Assembly: GCA_963762145.1 (NCBI GenBank)
Contig: CAVXJS010000021.1
Coordinates: 864,001-928,000, forward strand
From: an uncultured Candidatus Rokubacteria bacterium
Lineage (GTDB): Bacteria > Methylomirabilota > Methylomirabilia > Rokubacteriales > CSP1-6
Direction: 5' to 3'
DNA length: 64,000 nucleotides
Shown: positions 47,097 through 57,112 of the stretch, in pieces
Layout of the letters: every line of letters begins with the position of its first letter
Numbering within the stretch: the stretch's first letter is position 1
The notes under the pieces: model-generated
The model's input: only the letters and a program-made list of their open reading frames with translations
The model's database searches: none
What the model was told of the DNA's origin: nothing
Made by a program: the position numbers and the translations under genes

Positions 47097-47537
47097 CTAA
47101 GAGGGCTCGCGGACGGTGAGCACCGGGCAGTGGGCGAGCCTGACCACGCGATCGGCGACGCTGCCGAGCAGCACGCGGCTAATCCCGCCGCGGCCGTGGG
47201 TGCCGATCACGACCAGATCGGCCTGCTCGCCCTTGGCCAGCGTCACGATCTCCTCATGGACGACGCCGGTCCGCAACACGGCACGGGCATCGAGCCCCTC
47301 CCCGCGGGCCTTGTCCACCCAGTCCGCCAGGGCTCCCTCGGCCCACGTCCTGGCCGACTCCCGAACACTGCGTGCCGTCTCGATGCTCACCGTACCTTCC
47401 CCGTAGGTCGGTACGTCGGTGAGCACGTGGGTGAGGACCAGCTCGCTCCCTGGCGCCGCCACGGCGCGCTTGGCCACCGCCCAGGCCTCCTGCGAGCATT
47501 CCGAGAAGTCCGTCGGAACCACGATGCGCTGAAACAT
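47097..47537 (-). CDS. Universal stress protein
   Basis: MFQRIVVPTDFS, DLVVIGTHGRGG, LLGSVADRVVR. Confidence 0.93.
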   Translation of the reverse strand: MFQRIVVPTDFSECSQEAWAVAKRAVAAPGSELVLTHVLTDVPTYGEGTVSIETARSVRESARTWAEGALADWVDKARGEGLDARAVLRTGVVHEEIVTLAKGEQADLVVIGTHGRGGISRVLLGSVADRVVRLAHCPVLTVREPS

Positions 47538-47738
47538 GGCAGACGCTCCTCTCCTGATGGTTGCCTTGCAAATTGCGGGCACGTGCAACGAGGGCGCCGC
47601 CTGGATCGAAGCGTTGCAGGCCCGCATATAGTCTCAGGGTACACCTTGTTCCCGCCCGGTAATCGCCACTCGGCACTCTCTTCCGGTTTCGCGCCGCCGC
47701 GAACACCGATCTCCCGGCATTAGGCCTGATCCATAGAT

Positions 47739-47753
47739 GGGCATAAGCCTTGC
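47739..47753 (+). promoter_or_regulatory. sigma54-type -24/-12 motif
   Basis: GGGCATAAGCCTTGC upstream of the CBS gene. Confidence 0.5.
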
Positions 47754-47854
47754 TGCCCACCGTGCAGCGGGGCGAGACGTTGGCTGAATGCGTCAATGTA
47801 CACCGCGCCCGTCGTGGCCCGACACTCATGCGCGACCCATGAAAGGAGACTCCC

Positions 47855-48277
47855 ATGGCCGATCGCATTCGCGACGTGATGACCCCGAATCCGCAGACGC
47901 TCTCCGCGAGCGCCACCGTCCACGAGGCGGCGGAGACGATGCGCACGCACAATATCGGCGACGTAATCGCAAGCGACGATAAGGGCGGCATCGCCGGCCT
48001 CGTGACCGACCGCGACATCGTGGTGCGCGTCGTAGCTGAGGGACGCGATCCCCGCGTGACACTCATCGAGGAAATCGTCAGCCGCGACCTGACGGCAGTT
48101 TCGCCAGACGATCCAGTGGAGCGGGCGGTCGAACTCATGCGAGAGCGGGCGGTCCGTCGCCTGCCGGTGGTCAAGCGCGGCAAGGTTGTCGGCATCGTCA
48201 GCATCGGCGACCTGGCGGTCGAGCGTGACCCGCGATCGGCGCTTGCCGACATCTCCGCAGCCCCACCTAACACCTAG
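47855..48277 (+). CDS. CBS domain pair protein
   Basis: IRDVMT, GLVTDRDIV, RRLPVV, GIVSIGDL. Confidence 0.92.
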   Translation: MADRIRDVMTPNPQTLSASATVHEAAETMRTHNIGDVIASDDKGGIAGLVTDRDIVVRVVAEGRDPRVTLIEEIVSRDLTAVSPDDPVERAVELMRERAVRRLPVVKRGKVVGIVSIGDLAVERDPRSALADISAAPPNT

Positions 48278-48347
48278 GAAGGGTGAACGCGCAGTCTCGC
48301 TCATCCAGTCTGGTAGATGTTGGGGCGAGGAGTAGACATCTGCCGCG

Positions 48348-48400
48348 TCCGCCCGAAGGGGGGTTAAGGAGGGCTCTCGTCCCCTTCGGGCGGATGGCCT
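48348..48400 (+). repeat. Hairpin family element, copy 4
   Basis: Perfect 14-bp stem TCCGCCCGAAGGGG/CCCCTTCGGGCGGA enclosing TTAAGGAGGG, followed by TGGCC. Confidence 0.6.
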
Positions 48401-48559
48401 GACCGGTGTGCGGTCCTGAGACTCACATCTCGTCGAACGACGCCACGTGCCGATCAAGAGCGTCAGGAAAACCCAATAGTTCCCGTGCCATGATGGCTAG
48501 TGCATGGTGACGCGGGGTGGCCGCAACAACCATCCGCCTTTTGGTCCTCGCAGCCGCCC

Positions 48560-48752
48560 CTGGATGGCCGCAGCGGTCGCGCTGAATCCGAAGCCGGCAG
48601 ACTGGACGTCCGTGCGAGTACAGAAGGAGTCGGACGGCGAGATCTTCTGGAAGATCACGACTGGACGAGGTCCCATGCCATCGTGGCGGCACCTGTCTGA
48701 CAACGACCGTTGGGCCGTCGTCCGCTACATTCGCACTCTCGGGGGGAAGTAA
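48560..48752 (+). pseudogene. c-type cytochrome C-terminal remnant
   Basis: LNPKPADWT..SDGEIFWKITTGRGPMPSW..RWAVVRYIR; no in-frame CxxCH or signal peptide. Confidence 0.65.
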
Positions 48753-48911
48753 CCTTGAGGTCTTCACCATGACTGGTGTCCGCTCCCGCCGCCGATCCGC
48801 CCAGCATCCGCGCCGGGCCTTTCGAGCTCCGCACGTCGCCCGCCTGATGCTACGCTCGGGACTGGGCGGCGTGAGCTCGAAGCCACCTTTGAGCCGATCG
48901 TCGATCGATCA

Positions 48912-49912
48912 CTATCCGCTCGTGCCGGCAATGGCCTTCGCCTCTCGCACCAGCTGTGCGGCATACCCCCATTCGTTGTCGTACCAACTCATCACCTTGA
49001 CCAGATCACCGTCGACGACTTGGGTAAGGGTGCAATCGATGATAGACGCGCGCGGGTCACGGATGATGTCGGTCGAGACGAGCGCCTCGTCGGAGGTACC
49101 GACGATGTCACGATAACGGTCGCTCCGCGCCTCCTCTCGGAAGATGCGGTTGACTTCATCAGCGCTGGTCGGCCGCGCGACCAAAGACACGATGTCGGCG
49201 ATGGATCCGACTGCTACTGGAGCACGGACCGCCAGGCCATCGAACCTACCCTGGTATTCGGGGAGCGCGCGGGTCGTGGCCTTCGCAGCCCCGGTCGTCG
49301 ACGGCACCAGGTTGGTGGCCGCCGCGCGTCCTCGCCGGCGGTCCTCGTCGGGTCGGTCGACGAGCGCCTGGCTTGCCGTATACGCGTGAACCGTTGTCAT
49401 GGTCGCTTTCAGAACACCGAGCCGGCGGCCGAGGATCTCGATCACGGGGGTTATACAGTTGGTCGTGCAACTGGCGCAGGAAATGATGGTCGCCCTCTCG
49501 TTGGCGCGGTTCACACCGTGGACGATGGTGGGGACATCGCCTCCTTCGATCGGCGCGGAGAGGATAACGTGCTTGGCGCCGGCCTCGACGTGACGTTCGA
49601 GTTCCGCTTGCCTGGTGAACACGCCCGTGCATTCCAGGACGATTCCCACCGCCAGGCCGCTCCATGGCAAGTTGCTCACGTTCTTCTCGTTCAGCGCGAC
49701 GCAGGACTGCCCACCGACGACGAGGCGCCCGTTCTCTGCCCGCACGTCACGCTCATACCGGCCGTACACCGAGTCGTGCTTGAGTAGGTAGGCGAGCTCT
49801 TCCGCCGAGGCGAGGTCGTTGACCGCCACCAGCTCAAACGCTCCGTCCTCGACAGCTGCTTGAACACAGCACGTCCGATCCGGCCGAGCCCATTGATCGC
49901 AATCTTGATCAT
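48912..49912 (-). CDS. gap: Type I glyceraldehyde-3-phosphate dehydrogenase with a 1-bp frameshift near 49853
   Basis: MIKIAINGLGRIGR in one frame; FELVAVND, ASCTTNC and WYDNEWGY in the next. Confidence 0.9.
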
Positions 49913-50000
49913 GACTCTTCCTCCGATGGCCAGAACGGCCTCGTTACGGGGACTCCGAACTCGTCCAGGAAAGGACACCCACACACTACAATGGCGCGGC

Positions 50001-51815
50001 TCAGGCCGAGTGGCCAGCGACCGAGAGCCGGCGGTCGAGGTCGTACGCAGCACTGATGAGCGCTAGGTGAGTGAACGCCTGCGGGAAGTTGCCGAGGTGC
50101 TCGCCCCGGCGGCCGAGCTCCTCGCTGTAGAGTCCGAGGTGGTTCGCGTAGCCGAGCATCTTCTCGAAGACGAAGCGCGCCTGCTGGAGATCGCCCAGCC
50201 GAGACAGGCACTCGACGTACCAGAACGAGCACATGTTGAAGGTGCCCTCGTCGCCCTCGAGCCCGTCGGAGAAGTGATCTCCAATTCGGTAGCGGGAGAC
50301 GAGGGAGTCGCTCACCAGGTCGCGCTCGATCGCGCGCAGGGTGGACACCCAGCGCGGGTCGGCCGGGGCAATGAACTTGACGAGCGGCAGGAGAAGGGAG
50401 GACGCGTCGAGCGCCGTCAAGCCCTTGGCCTGCACGAATGCCTTCCCGCCCGCGTCCCAGAAGTGCGTGAAGATGTCCTGATAGATCGCGTCCCTCTCCT
50501 CGTGCCAGCGCGCGAGCGGAGCCGGGAAGGAGCGCTTGCGGGCGAGGCGGATGGCCCGGTCGATCGCCGCCCAGCAGAGCACGCGAGAGTAGAGGAACTC
50601 CTGGCGGTCCCCCCGCACCTCCCAGATGCTCTCGTCCGGCTCCCGCCAGTGCCGGCCGACCCAGTCGATGAAGCGGACGACGTTGGTCCACAGGTCGTGG
50701 GAGATCGGCGCGCCGTACTTGTCGTAGAGGTAGATCGAGTCCATCAGCTCGCCGTAGATGTCGAGCTGGAGATGGGTGTGGGCCAGGTTGCCGATGCGGA
50801 CCGGCCGGGAACCCTTGTAGCCCTCCAGGTGCGGGAGGCTCTCCTCGGTCAGGATCTTGCTGCCGTCGATGCTGTACATGATCTGGAGCGACCCGTCGGG
50901 CTCCAGCCCCGCGCACCGGTCCTCCACCCAGCGCATGAAGGCCCCCGCCTCGTCGGTGAAGCCGAGCCGCATGAGGCCATAGAGCGTGAACGACGCGTCC
51001 CGAATCCAGGTGTGACGGTAGTCCCAGTTCCGCCCGCCTCCGACCCACTCGGGCAGGCCAAAGGTGGGGGCGGCGACGATCGACCCGAAGGGTCGAGAGG
51101 TGAGGAGCTTCAGCGTCAGGGCGGAGCGATTCACCATCTCCCGCCACCGGCCACGGTAGGTTGAGCGGCCCACCCAGCCGCGCCAGAAGTTGACCGTTTC
51201 CTTGAACGCCCGCGCGACGTAGTCGGGGGCGCCGGACGGCGACTCCCCACCCGGCTCCACCTGCTCGAAGACGAAGGACGCCGACTCGTCGGCGCGAAGG
51301 GTGAACTCCGCCACCGCCGCCCCGTCCACGATGCGCACCGGGACGGAGGCGCGAAGGAGGAACGCGATGGCGGGCCCGCTCCCGGCGACGAAGCGCACCG
51401 CGTCGGCGGTCCGCTCGGCGGTATGCGGCGCCCGCGCGTAGTCGAAGCACGGCTGGCACACCATGCGGAAGCGGACCTCGCCGCGGACCGTCTTTGCGCG
51501 CCGGACGACATCGTGCGCGTGCCGGCCGTCGCCGATCGGCATGAAGTCCGATACCTCGGCCACACCATCGTTGGAGAGAAAGCGCGTCAGGAGAACACAG
51601 GTGTCGGGCAGGTAGAGCTGTTTCTGCCGCGCGCCCTCGAGGAGGGGGGCGAGCTGGAAGCGCCCGCCCCGCTCATCGTCCAGCAGGGCGGCGAAGACGG
51701 ACGCCGAGTCGAAGCGGGGTGCGCACATGAAGTCGATCGATCCGTCCATCCCGACAAGCGCCACCGTGTGGAGGTCCCCGATGACCCCGTAGTTCTCGAT
51801 CGGTTGATAGCTCAT
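50001..51815 (-). CDS. Glycoside hydrolase family 15 (trehalase/glucoamylase-like)
   Basis: RNWDYR.TWIRD, QLDIYGE, SIWEVRG, GNFPQAFTH. Confidence 0.93.
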   Translation of the reverse strand: MSYQPIENYGVIGDLHTVALVGMDGSIDFMCAPRFDSASVFAALLDDERGGRFQLAPLLEGARQKQLYLPDTCVLLTRFLSNDGVAEVSDFMPIGDGRHAHDVVRRAKTVRGEVRFRMVCQPCFDYARAPHTAERTADAVRFVAGSGPAIAFLLRASVPVRIVDGAAVAEFTLRADESASFVFEQVEPGGESPSGAPDYVARAFKETVNFWRGWVGRSTYRGRWREMVNRSALTLKLLTSRPFGSIVAAPTFGLPEWVGGGRNWDYRHTWIRDASFTLYGLMRLGFTDEAGAFMRWVEDRCAGLEPDGSLQIMYSIDGSKILTEESLPHLEGYKGSRPVRIGNLAHTHLQLDIYGELMDSIYLYDKYGAPISHDLWTNVVRFIDWVGRHWREPDESIWEVRGDRQEFLYSRVLCWAAIDRAIRLARKRSFPAPLARWHEERDAIYQDIFTHFWDAGGKAFVQAKGLTALDASSLLLPLVKFIAPADPRWVSTLRAIERDLVSDSLVSRYRIGDHFSDGLEGDEGTFNMCSFWYVECLSRLGDLQQARFVFEKMLGYANHLGLYSEELGRRGEHLGNFPQAFTHLALISAAYDLDRRLSVAGHSA

Positions 51816-52138
51816 GCCGTCCCTACCACGCCAGGCTCCACGGTCCGTCGAATCGGCACGTCACGCAGGAACGCACTCACGGTGGGGCTCGCGTAGGTGC
51901 CGAAGGCGTCCACCAACGACCCCCGGGTCCCGTCCGCGCTCTCGATTGCGTACACGATCGCCATGTCGTCGGGGTCCGACACGCCTTCGAACCGCTGGAA
52001 CTCCCGAATGATCAGCTCGTGTGCCCCGAATGTCTTCCCGCTGTCGAACGCTCGGAGCCGATCGCCCACCACGCCGAAGTTCGCCGTGAAGCCTCGGCCG
52101 ACAAGTCCCTCGATGGCGTTCGAGAGGGTCCTCATCAC
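51812..52138 (-). CDS. Conserved small hypothetical protein (RFEGxSDPDD family)
   Basis: RFEGVSDPDDMAIVYAIES..GTRGSLVDAFG; translationally coupled on both sides. Confidence 0.8.
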   Translation of the reverse strand: MMRTLSNAIEGLVGRGFTANFGVVGDRLRAFDSGKTFGAHELIIREFQRFEGVSDPDDMAIVYAIESADGTRGSLVDAFGTYASPTVSAFLRDVPIRRTVEPGVVGTA

Positions 52139-52482
52139 CGGCCGCCTTCGAGGATTCTTTTCAGGACCAACGCCTCGTTGTGCTGTTCATCCCGCGCGGC
52201 GTAGACGAGGGTCACGGTATGCGCATTGCTCTTCCGCTTCAGCAGCTCGACGGCATCCTTCTTCCCGCGGAGCTCCTTCCGGTAACGCGCCTGGAACTGC
52301 TTCCATCTGGCCGGGGCGTGGCCGAACCACTTGCGCAACTCCGTGCTGGGGGCCACGTCCTTCAGCCACAGCGTCACCGCCGCCCGCTCCTTGGTCAAAC
52401 CGCGCGGCCACAGGCGATCGACCAGGATTCGTGCGCCATCCATTCGGGACGGCCTCTCATAAACTCGCTTCAGTCGGATCAT
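52135..52482 (-). CDS. DUF488/YeaO family protein
   Basis: KRVYE, RILVDRLWPRG, APSTELRKWFGH. Confidence 0.92.
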   Translation of the reverse strand: MIRLKRVYERPSRMDGARILVDRLWPRGLTKERAAVTLWLKDVAPSTELRKWFGHAPARWKQFQARYRKELRGKKDAVELLKRKSNAHTVTLVYAARDEQHNEALVLKRILEGGR

Positions 52483-52484
52483 GG

Positions 52485-52757
52485 TCAGGAGCCTTTGCCG
52501 CGCCGGCGGCCCCGGCTCCGCGACTTCGTTCGCGCCCCGGCGCGACCCTGTAGTCTGCGGAGCGCCGACCCCTTGTGCATGGCCAGATGGCCGGTCTTGT
52601 CGCTCTCGATCAGGTACTGGGGCTCCTCCCTCGAGGCGCGAACGGTGTACCCCTTGAACTCGACCGGCGCGCTGACCTTCCGTCGGATGAACCCGCTCAC
52701 GCGCCCGGCCTCGGAGTTCCAGCTCACGTGGTCACCGATCTTGAACGCGCGCGGCAT
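52485..52757 (-). CDS. DUF2945/HVA1 family protein
   Basis: FKIGDHVSWNSEAG, EPQYLIESDKTGHLAMHK. Confidence 0.88.
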   Translation of the reverse strand: MPRAFKIGDHVSWNSEAGRVSGFIRRKVSAPVEFKGYTVRASREEPQYLIESDKTGHLAMHKGSALRRLQGRAGARTKSRSRGRRRGKGS

Positions 52758-52774
52758 GGCCGTCCCTCCCTATC

Positions 52775-53152
52775 CTAGGCGGCTCCGGCAAGGGTGAGCA
52801 AGCAGGCGCTCTCCTCGAGAGCCTTCACCTCGTGCGCGATGGCAGACTCCAGCACGATGAGCTCGCCGGGCCCGAGCGCTTGCGCACGGTCGCCGGCCCG
52901 AAAGGTCACCGAGCCACTCAGGACGTGGAAGGTCAGAGGGCCGGCGGCCTGATGCTCGGAGATCCTGGTTCCTTTGCCGAGCAGCATCAGTACCACGCGA
53001 AGCGCGGGCTCCTTGGCCAAGGTGATCGCGTTGCGTCCGCTCGTACGCCACGTGGGCTCCTGCCTGAGCCGCTCCAGTTGCTCGCTGAGATGCAGATGAA
53101 GGAGCGGCACCTCGGCCGGTCGGTCAGGTCTCGCCTTCCACTCGTCAATCAT
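52775..53152 (-). CDS. Cupin domain protein
   Basis: EHQAAGPLTFHVLSG, HEVKALEES; ATG at 53152 with GAGG SD. Confidence 0.82.
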   Translation of the reverse strand: MIDEWKARPDRPAEVPLLHLHLSEQLERLRQEPTWRTSGRNAITLAKEPALRVVLMLLGKGTRISEHQAAGPLTFHVLSGSVTFRAGDRAQALGPGELIVLESAIAHEVKALEESACLLTLAGAA

Positions 53153-54692
53153 GAACCTCTCCAGTCTCGCGCTCCATGGCCAGCTCGGCCTCGAGGCTCT
53201 CCCGGTCGCGAAAGATGCTTGCCACCGCCAGGACCCGACCACCCGCCCGATAGCGCACGCTCCCGTCGTGCTGCTCGAGGCTGCCGTCGATCTCGATCGC
53301 ATCCCAGCGCTCGGCATGGCCCACGTAGTTGATGGAGATGTCGTAGTGCTGGCTCCAGAAGAAGGGCACGTCGGTGAAGGGCGCGCGCTCGCCGACGATG
53401 GTGCGGGCGACGGCCTGGCCCTGCCGCTGGGCCAGTACCCAGTGCTCGATGCGCACGAGGCCGCCGCCGCGCGGGTTCGGCCAGCGCGCGGCGTCGCCGA
53501 CCGCGAAGACCCCCTTGGTGGTCGTCTCCAGGTAGGCGTCCACGACAATCCCCTTCTCGACCAGCAGTCCCGCCTTCTCGGCGAGCGCGGTCGCCGGACT
53601 GACGCCGATGCCCGCGACGATGAAGTCCGCGTCGAGTCGCTCGCCTCCCTCTAGCACCACGCCCCCGCGCGTGAGGCCGCTCGCCTTCTTACCGAGGTGG
53701 AAGACAACCCCGTGCTGCTCGTGGAGGCCGCGGATGAAGTCGCCGAGTTCCGGGCCCAGCACGCGCTCGAGCGGGCGCCGACCGGGCGCGACCACGTGTA
53801 CCTCGATCTTCCGCGCGCGGAGCGACGCGGCGACTTCGAGCCCGATGAAGCTCGCGCCCAGAACGACCGCGCGGCGTGCCCCCTCCGCCGACTTGATGAT
53901 CGCGCGACTGTCGGCCAGGGTGCGCAGGTAGTGAACGGGCGGGCCGGGCTCGCCGGACATCGCGAGCCGAACCGGATCGGCGCCGGTGGCGAGAACGATC
54001 GCGCCGAACTCCCGTGCCGTACCGTCATCGAAGGTGAGGCGCCTCCGGTCGAGATCGAGCGCGGTCACCTGCCGGCCACGCGCAAGCTCCACCCTACGCT
54101 CCTCGTAATAGGCGCTCAGGTGGAGCGGAAGCTGCTCCTCCTGGACGCTTCCGGCCAGGTAGTCCTTGGACAGGTTCGGTCGGTCATAGGGCGCCTCCTG
54201 GTCGCGATCGATGAGCGTGATGTCTCCATCGAACCCGAGGTGACGCAATTCGTCCGCCGCGCTGTTCCCCGCGGCCCCCGCGCCCACGATCGCGACCGAC
54301 CGCGGCGTCGGTGTCCCCGGCCGCGCGACCCGCCGCACGCTGCCCGGCTTCGCCCGTTTCCCGGTGACGAACACCTGCCCGGCGCGCTGTACGATCTCGT
54401 AGCCTGCGACCGGGCTCAAGGCCGGCGCGCCCAGCGCCTCCCCGGTCCGGAGGCTGAAGCAGGCGTGGTGCCAGGGGCAGCGGACGGTGTCGTCCACGAC
54501 CAGCCCGTCGGCGAGTGGGCCCCCGTAGTGGCTGCAGGTGGCGCCAATCGCGAAGACCTCCGCGCCCCGCCGCACCAGGATAACCGGCTCATCCTGGACT
54601 CGACCGAGCAACGGAACGCCCTCGGCGAGCGAATTCGCCGGGATGCCGGCGGTAAGGTCAGGGCCGTTCCGAGTCTGCAGTTGATCGCTCAT
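53145..54692 (-). CDS. Rieske [2Fe-2S] / FAD-NAD(P) oxidoreductase fusion (AIF-like)
   Basis: CSHYG...CPWHH, GAGAAG, YDRPNLSKDY, GASFIGLE, PFFWS. Confidence 0.93.
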   Translation of the reverse strand: MSDQLQTRNGPDLTAGIPANSLAEGVPLLGRVQDEPVILVRRGAEVFAIGATCSHYGGPLADGLVVDDTVRCPWHHACFSLRTGEALGAPALSPVAGYEIVQRAGQVFVTGKRAKPGSVRRVARPGTPTPRSVAIVGAGAAGNSAADELRHLGFDGDITLIDRDQEAPYDRPNLSKDYLAGSVQEEQLPLHLSAYYEERRVELARGRQVTALDLDRRRLTFDDGTAREFGAIVLATGADPVRLAMSGEPGPPVHYLRTLADSRAIIKSAEGARRAVVLGASFIGLEVAASLRARKIEVHVVAPGRRPLERVLGPELGDFIRGLHEQHGVVFHLGKKASGLTRGGVVLEGGERLDADFIVAGIGVSPATALAEKAGLLVEKGIVVDAYLETTTKGVFAVGDAARWPNPRGGGLVRIEHWVLAQRQGQAVARTIVGERAPFTDVPFFWSQHYDISINYVGHAERWDAIEIDGSLEQHDGSVRYRAGGRVLAVASIFRDRESLEAELAMERETGEVHD

Positions 54693-54704
54693 GTGCTTTC
54701 TCCC

Positions 54705-55355
54705 CTAGATCTTGGCGTTGGATTTGTTCCAATCGTCAAGGAACTTCTTCAGCCCGATGTCCGTCAATGGATGCTTCATCAGCATCTCCAGAACCGAGAA
54801 CGGCATCGTCGCCACGTGCGCCCCGGCCTTCGCGGCGTCCAGCACATGGAGCGGGCTCCGGATCGAGGCCGCCAACACCTGCGTCTTGAACCCGTAGTTC
54901 CGATAGATCTGGCAGATGTCGCGGACCAGGTCCATGCCCACCGCGCCGATATCGTCCAGGCGCCCGAGGAACGGGCTGATGTAGACGGCCCCCGCCTTAG
55001 CCGATAGCAGCGCCTGCGGCGCCGAGAAGCAGAGCGTCTGGTTGACCCGGATCCCCTCACCGGTGAGGTGCTTGACCGCCTTGAGCCCATCCCGGGTCAG
55101 CGGGCACTTGACCACCACGTTCGGCGCGACCTGCGCGAGCTCCTTGCCCTCCTTCATCATGCCTTCGAAATCGGCCGCAACCACCTCGAGGCTCACGTCG
55201 CCCGACACGATGGAGCAGATCTCCTCGAGCAGCGGGCGGACGGAGCGCTTCTCCTTCGCGATCAGCGATGGATTGGTCGTGCAGCCGTCCACCAGGCCCA
55301 TGGCCACGCCTTCGCGCAGCTCGGTGACGTTGGCGGTATCGAGAAAGATCTTCAT
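54705..55355 (-). CDS. fsa: Transaldolase / fructose-6-phosphate aldolase (TalC type)
   Basis: [32 protein letters not shown]. Confidence 0.93.
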   Translation of the reverse strand: MKIFLDTANVTELREGVAMGLVDGCTTNPSLIAKEKRSVRPLLEEICSIVSGDVSLEVVAADFEGMMKEGKELAQVAPNVVVKCPLTRDGLKAVKHLTGEGIRVNQTLCFSAPQALLSAKAGAVYISPFLGRLDDIGAVGMDLVRDICQIYRNYGFKTQVLAASIRSPLHVLDAAKAGAHVATMPFSVLEMLMKHPLTDIGLKKFLDDWNKSNAKI

Positions 55356-55363
55356 GGCATCCT

Positions 55364-56020
55364 CTAGCTGAACTGCTTCGGGAACTGCTTCGCGATCGCT
55401 GCGGCGAGCGCATCCGCGATCACGTACATGTGGTTCTTCATCGCCTCCCAGGTCTGCGCTTCCGGCGCGTATTGCTTGCTCTGCACCTGCTGGATCTGCT
55501 GGACATGATGACCGCCGTGGGCGAGGAGCAGGCCGTTCAGCGTGTCGAACGGCAAATTCGGGTTCGCCCCGCCCAAAAATCTGGCGATTTCGGTTGCGTT
55601 GCCACTCAGGCTCTTGAACGCCGCATCCTGCTTAGCCTTGTTGCCCGCAACCGTCGCTTCGAGGTACTGCTTGACTGCACCGTAGTGGCCGGCGAGCAGC
55701 CCGAACAGCTTCTCGGATGCGTCCTTGCCGTAGTACGGCTCGATCGCGGCGGCGATCTGCTTGGCGTTGGCAACCACTTCCTGCTCCGCTGCCGCGGCGG
55801 CAGGCTGATTCCCCGCGAACGTGGATACGACCACGTTGCGGACCCAGAAGACGTGGCCTACCCAGAGATCGCGCAGCGCCGCACCGGTCTCGTTGACCTT
55901 CGCCGGCGTGGACGCCTGAGCGATGGAGTGGGTCCCGTGCTGGGCAAGCGCGGGTCCCATCGGCGCGAAGAAGGTGGCCAGAACCGAGATGACGCCGAGG
56001 CATTGTTTAACCGTATTCAT
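55364..56020 (-). CDS. Exported His-containing helical-bundle hypothetical protein
   Basis: AAGGAG SD, signal peptide; [28 protein letters not shown]. Confidence 0.8.
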   Translation of the reverse strand: MNTVKQCLGVISVLATFFAPMGPALAQHGTHSIAQASTPAKVNETGAALRDLWVGHVFWVRNVVVSTFAGNQPAAAAAEQEVVANAKQIAAAIEPYYGKDASEKLFGLLAGHYGAVKQYLEATVAGNKAKQDAAFKSLSGNATEIARFLGGANPNLPFDTLNGLLLAHGGHHVQQIQQVQSKQYAPEAQTWEAMKNHMYVIADALAAAIAKQFPKQFS

Positions 56021-56040
56021 CGTGTTCTCCTTTGAAGGGG

Positions 56041-57012
56041 TTAGACCGAGGCCGTGTACGTCGCCAGCCAAGGGGTCGAGATGCCGAGCCTCGTCAGCAT
56101 CGTGACGACTCGCTCGGGACTGCCGAGATCACACCAGGTCAGCCCGGGCAGCTTCGACACCGCGAGCATCTGCGGGCATGCCTCGAGAACGGTCCGAGAA
56201 AAATCCACGGTGGGGGCCAGGGCGTAGGCTTGGCGAACCGCCCACCGCTCGTGCTCACCACCTGCGACCGCCCGCAGGGGCGCGAGCCGGTCGTAGAGAG
56301 CGGGCGCGCACTCACGCCCGGCCGAGAGCAACACCGCCGCCCGCGCGGCAAACACGAAGGTGTTCCAGAGACTTCCCCCGAGCAACAGGGCTTCCGCCGC
56401 CTCCTGCGACGGCTTCTCCCGGAACCGCCTGATCGCGTGGACTGGGCCCTGGCCGGTCCACCCGATCGGCTCTCCCGGCACGATCCAGCCGTACTCGGTC
56501 TCCGGCTGACTCGGCGGTGCCCCAAGGAGCACGATCCGCCCAGGCTCTCGCGCGACGAGTGAGGCCAGCTCTACCACGTGCTCCATGAAGGCCGCCTCTT
56601 CCAGGACGAGATGATCCGACGGAAAGCACACGAGCGTCGCGCCCGGATCCCGCGTCTCGATCCACTGCGCGGCCAGGAGTATGCCGGCGGCCGTCCCGCG
56701 GCTCTCCGGCTGGCTCAGCACGTGCGGGCGGGGCGTCGTGCCGAGCTCGCGCTCAAGATAGCGCGCGTGCGCCTGCAGGGTGACGACCACGGTCCGCTCC
56801 GGAGGAATCAACCGCCGGACTCGGTCGAGGGTCTGGCCCAGGAGCGTTCGGGCGCCGAGCAAGGGAGAAAATTGCTTGGGTCGCTCGTCGCCACACAGGT
56901 GTCGGACGAGCGGACGTAGCCTGATCCCTTCGCCTCCCGCGAGCACCACGGCCCAGAGCGATCCCCGCTCGGCCGACTCGATCCCTTCTCCCCGCTTCCG
57001 CTCCGAGACCAT
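56041..57012 (-). CDS. Sugar-phosphate nucleotidyltransferase (mannose-1-phosphate guanylyltransferase-like)
   Basis: VLAGGEGIRL, PKQF, PSDH, EYGWI, FREKP, WCDLGS. Confidence 0.9.
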   Translation of the reverse strand: MVSERKRGEGIESAERGSLWAVVLAGGEGIRLRPLVRHLCGDERPKQFSPLLGARTLLGQTLDRVRRLIPPERTVVVTLQAHARYLERELGTTPRPHVLSQPESRGTAAGILLAAQWIETRDPGATLVCFPSDHLVLEEAAFMEHVVELASLVAREPGRIVLLGAPPSQPETEYGWIVPGEPIGWTGQGPVHAIRRFREKPSQEAAEALLLGGSLWNTFVFAARAAVLLSAGRECAPALYDRLAPLRAVAGGEHERWAVRQAYALAPTVDFSRTVLEACPQMLAVSKLPGLTWCDLGSPERVVTMLTRLGISTPWLATYTASV

Positions 57013-57035
57013 GATCGCGTTCCTCCCGCTCCCTC

Positions 57036-57101
57036 TTGTACCCGCAGACTCTCACTTCGACTATTAGAAACGTTCCGCCTCATGCTTAGCTTTGCTGTAA
57101 G
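57036..57101 (-). promoter_or_regulatory. Shared promoter/operator, copy A (candidate NhaR-like site)
   Basis: Minus strand CTT-N5-AAAGCTA-N16-TTTCTAAT-N5-AAGTG-N11-GTACAA; ungapped match to 61368..61433. Confidence 0.7.
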
Positions 57102-57112
57102 ATCGGCGCGCG

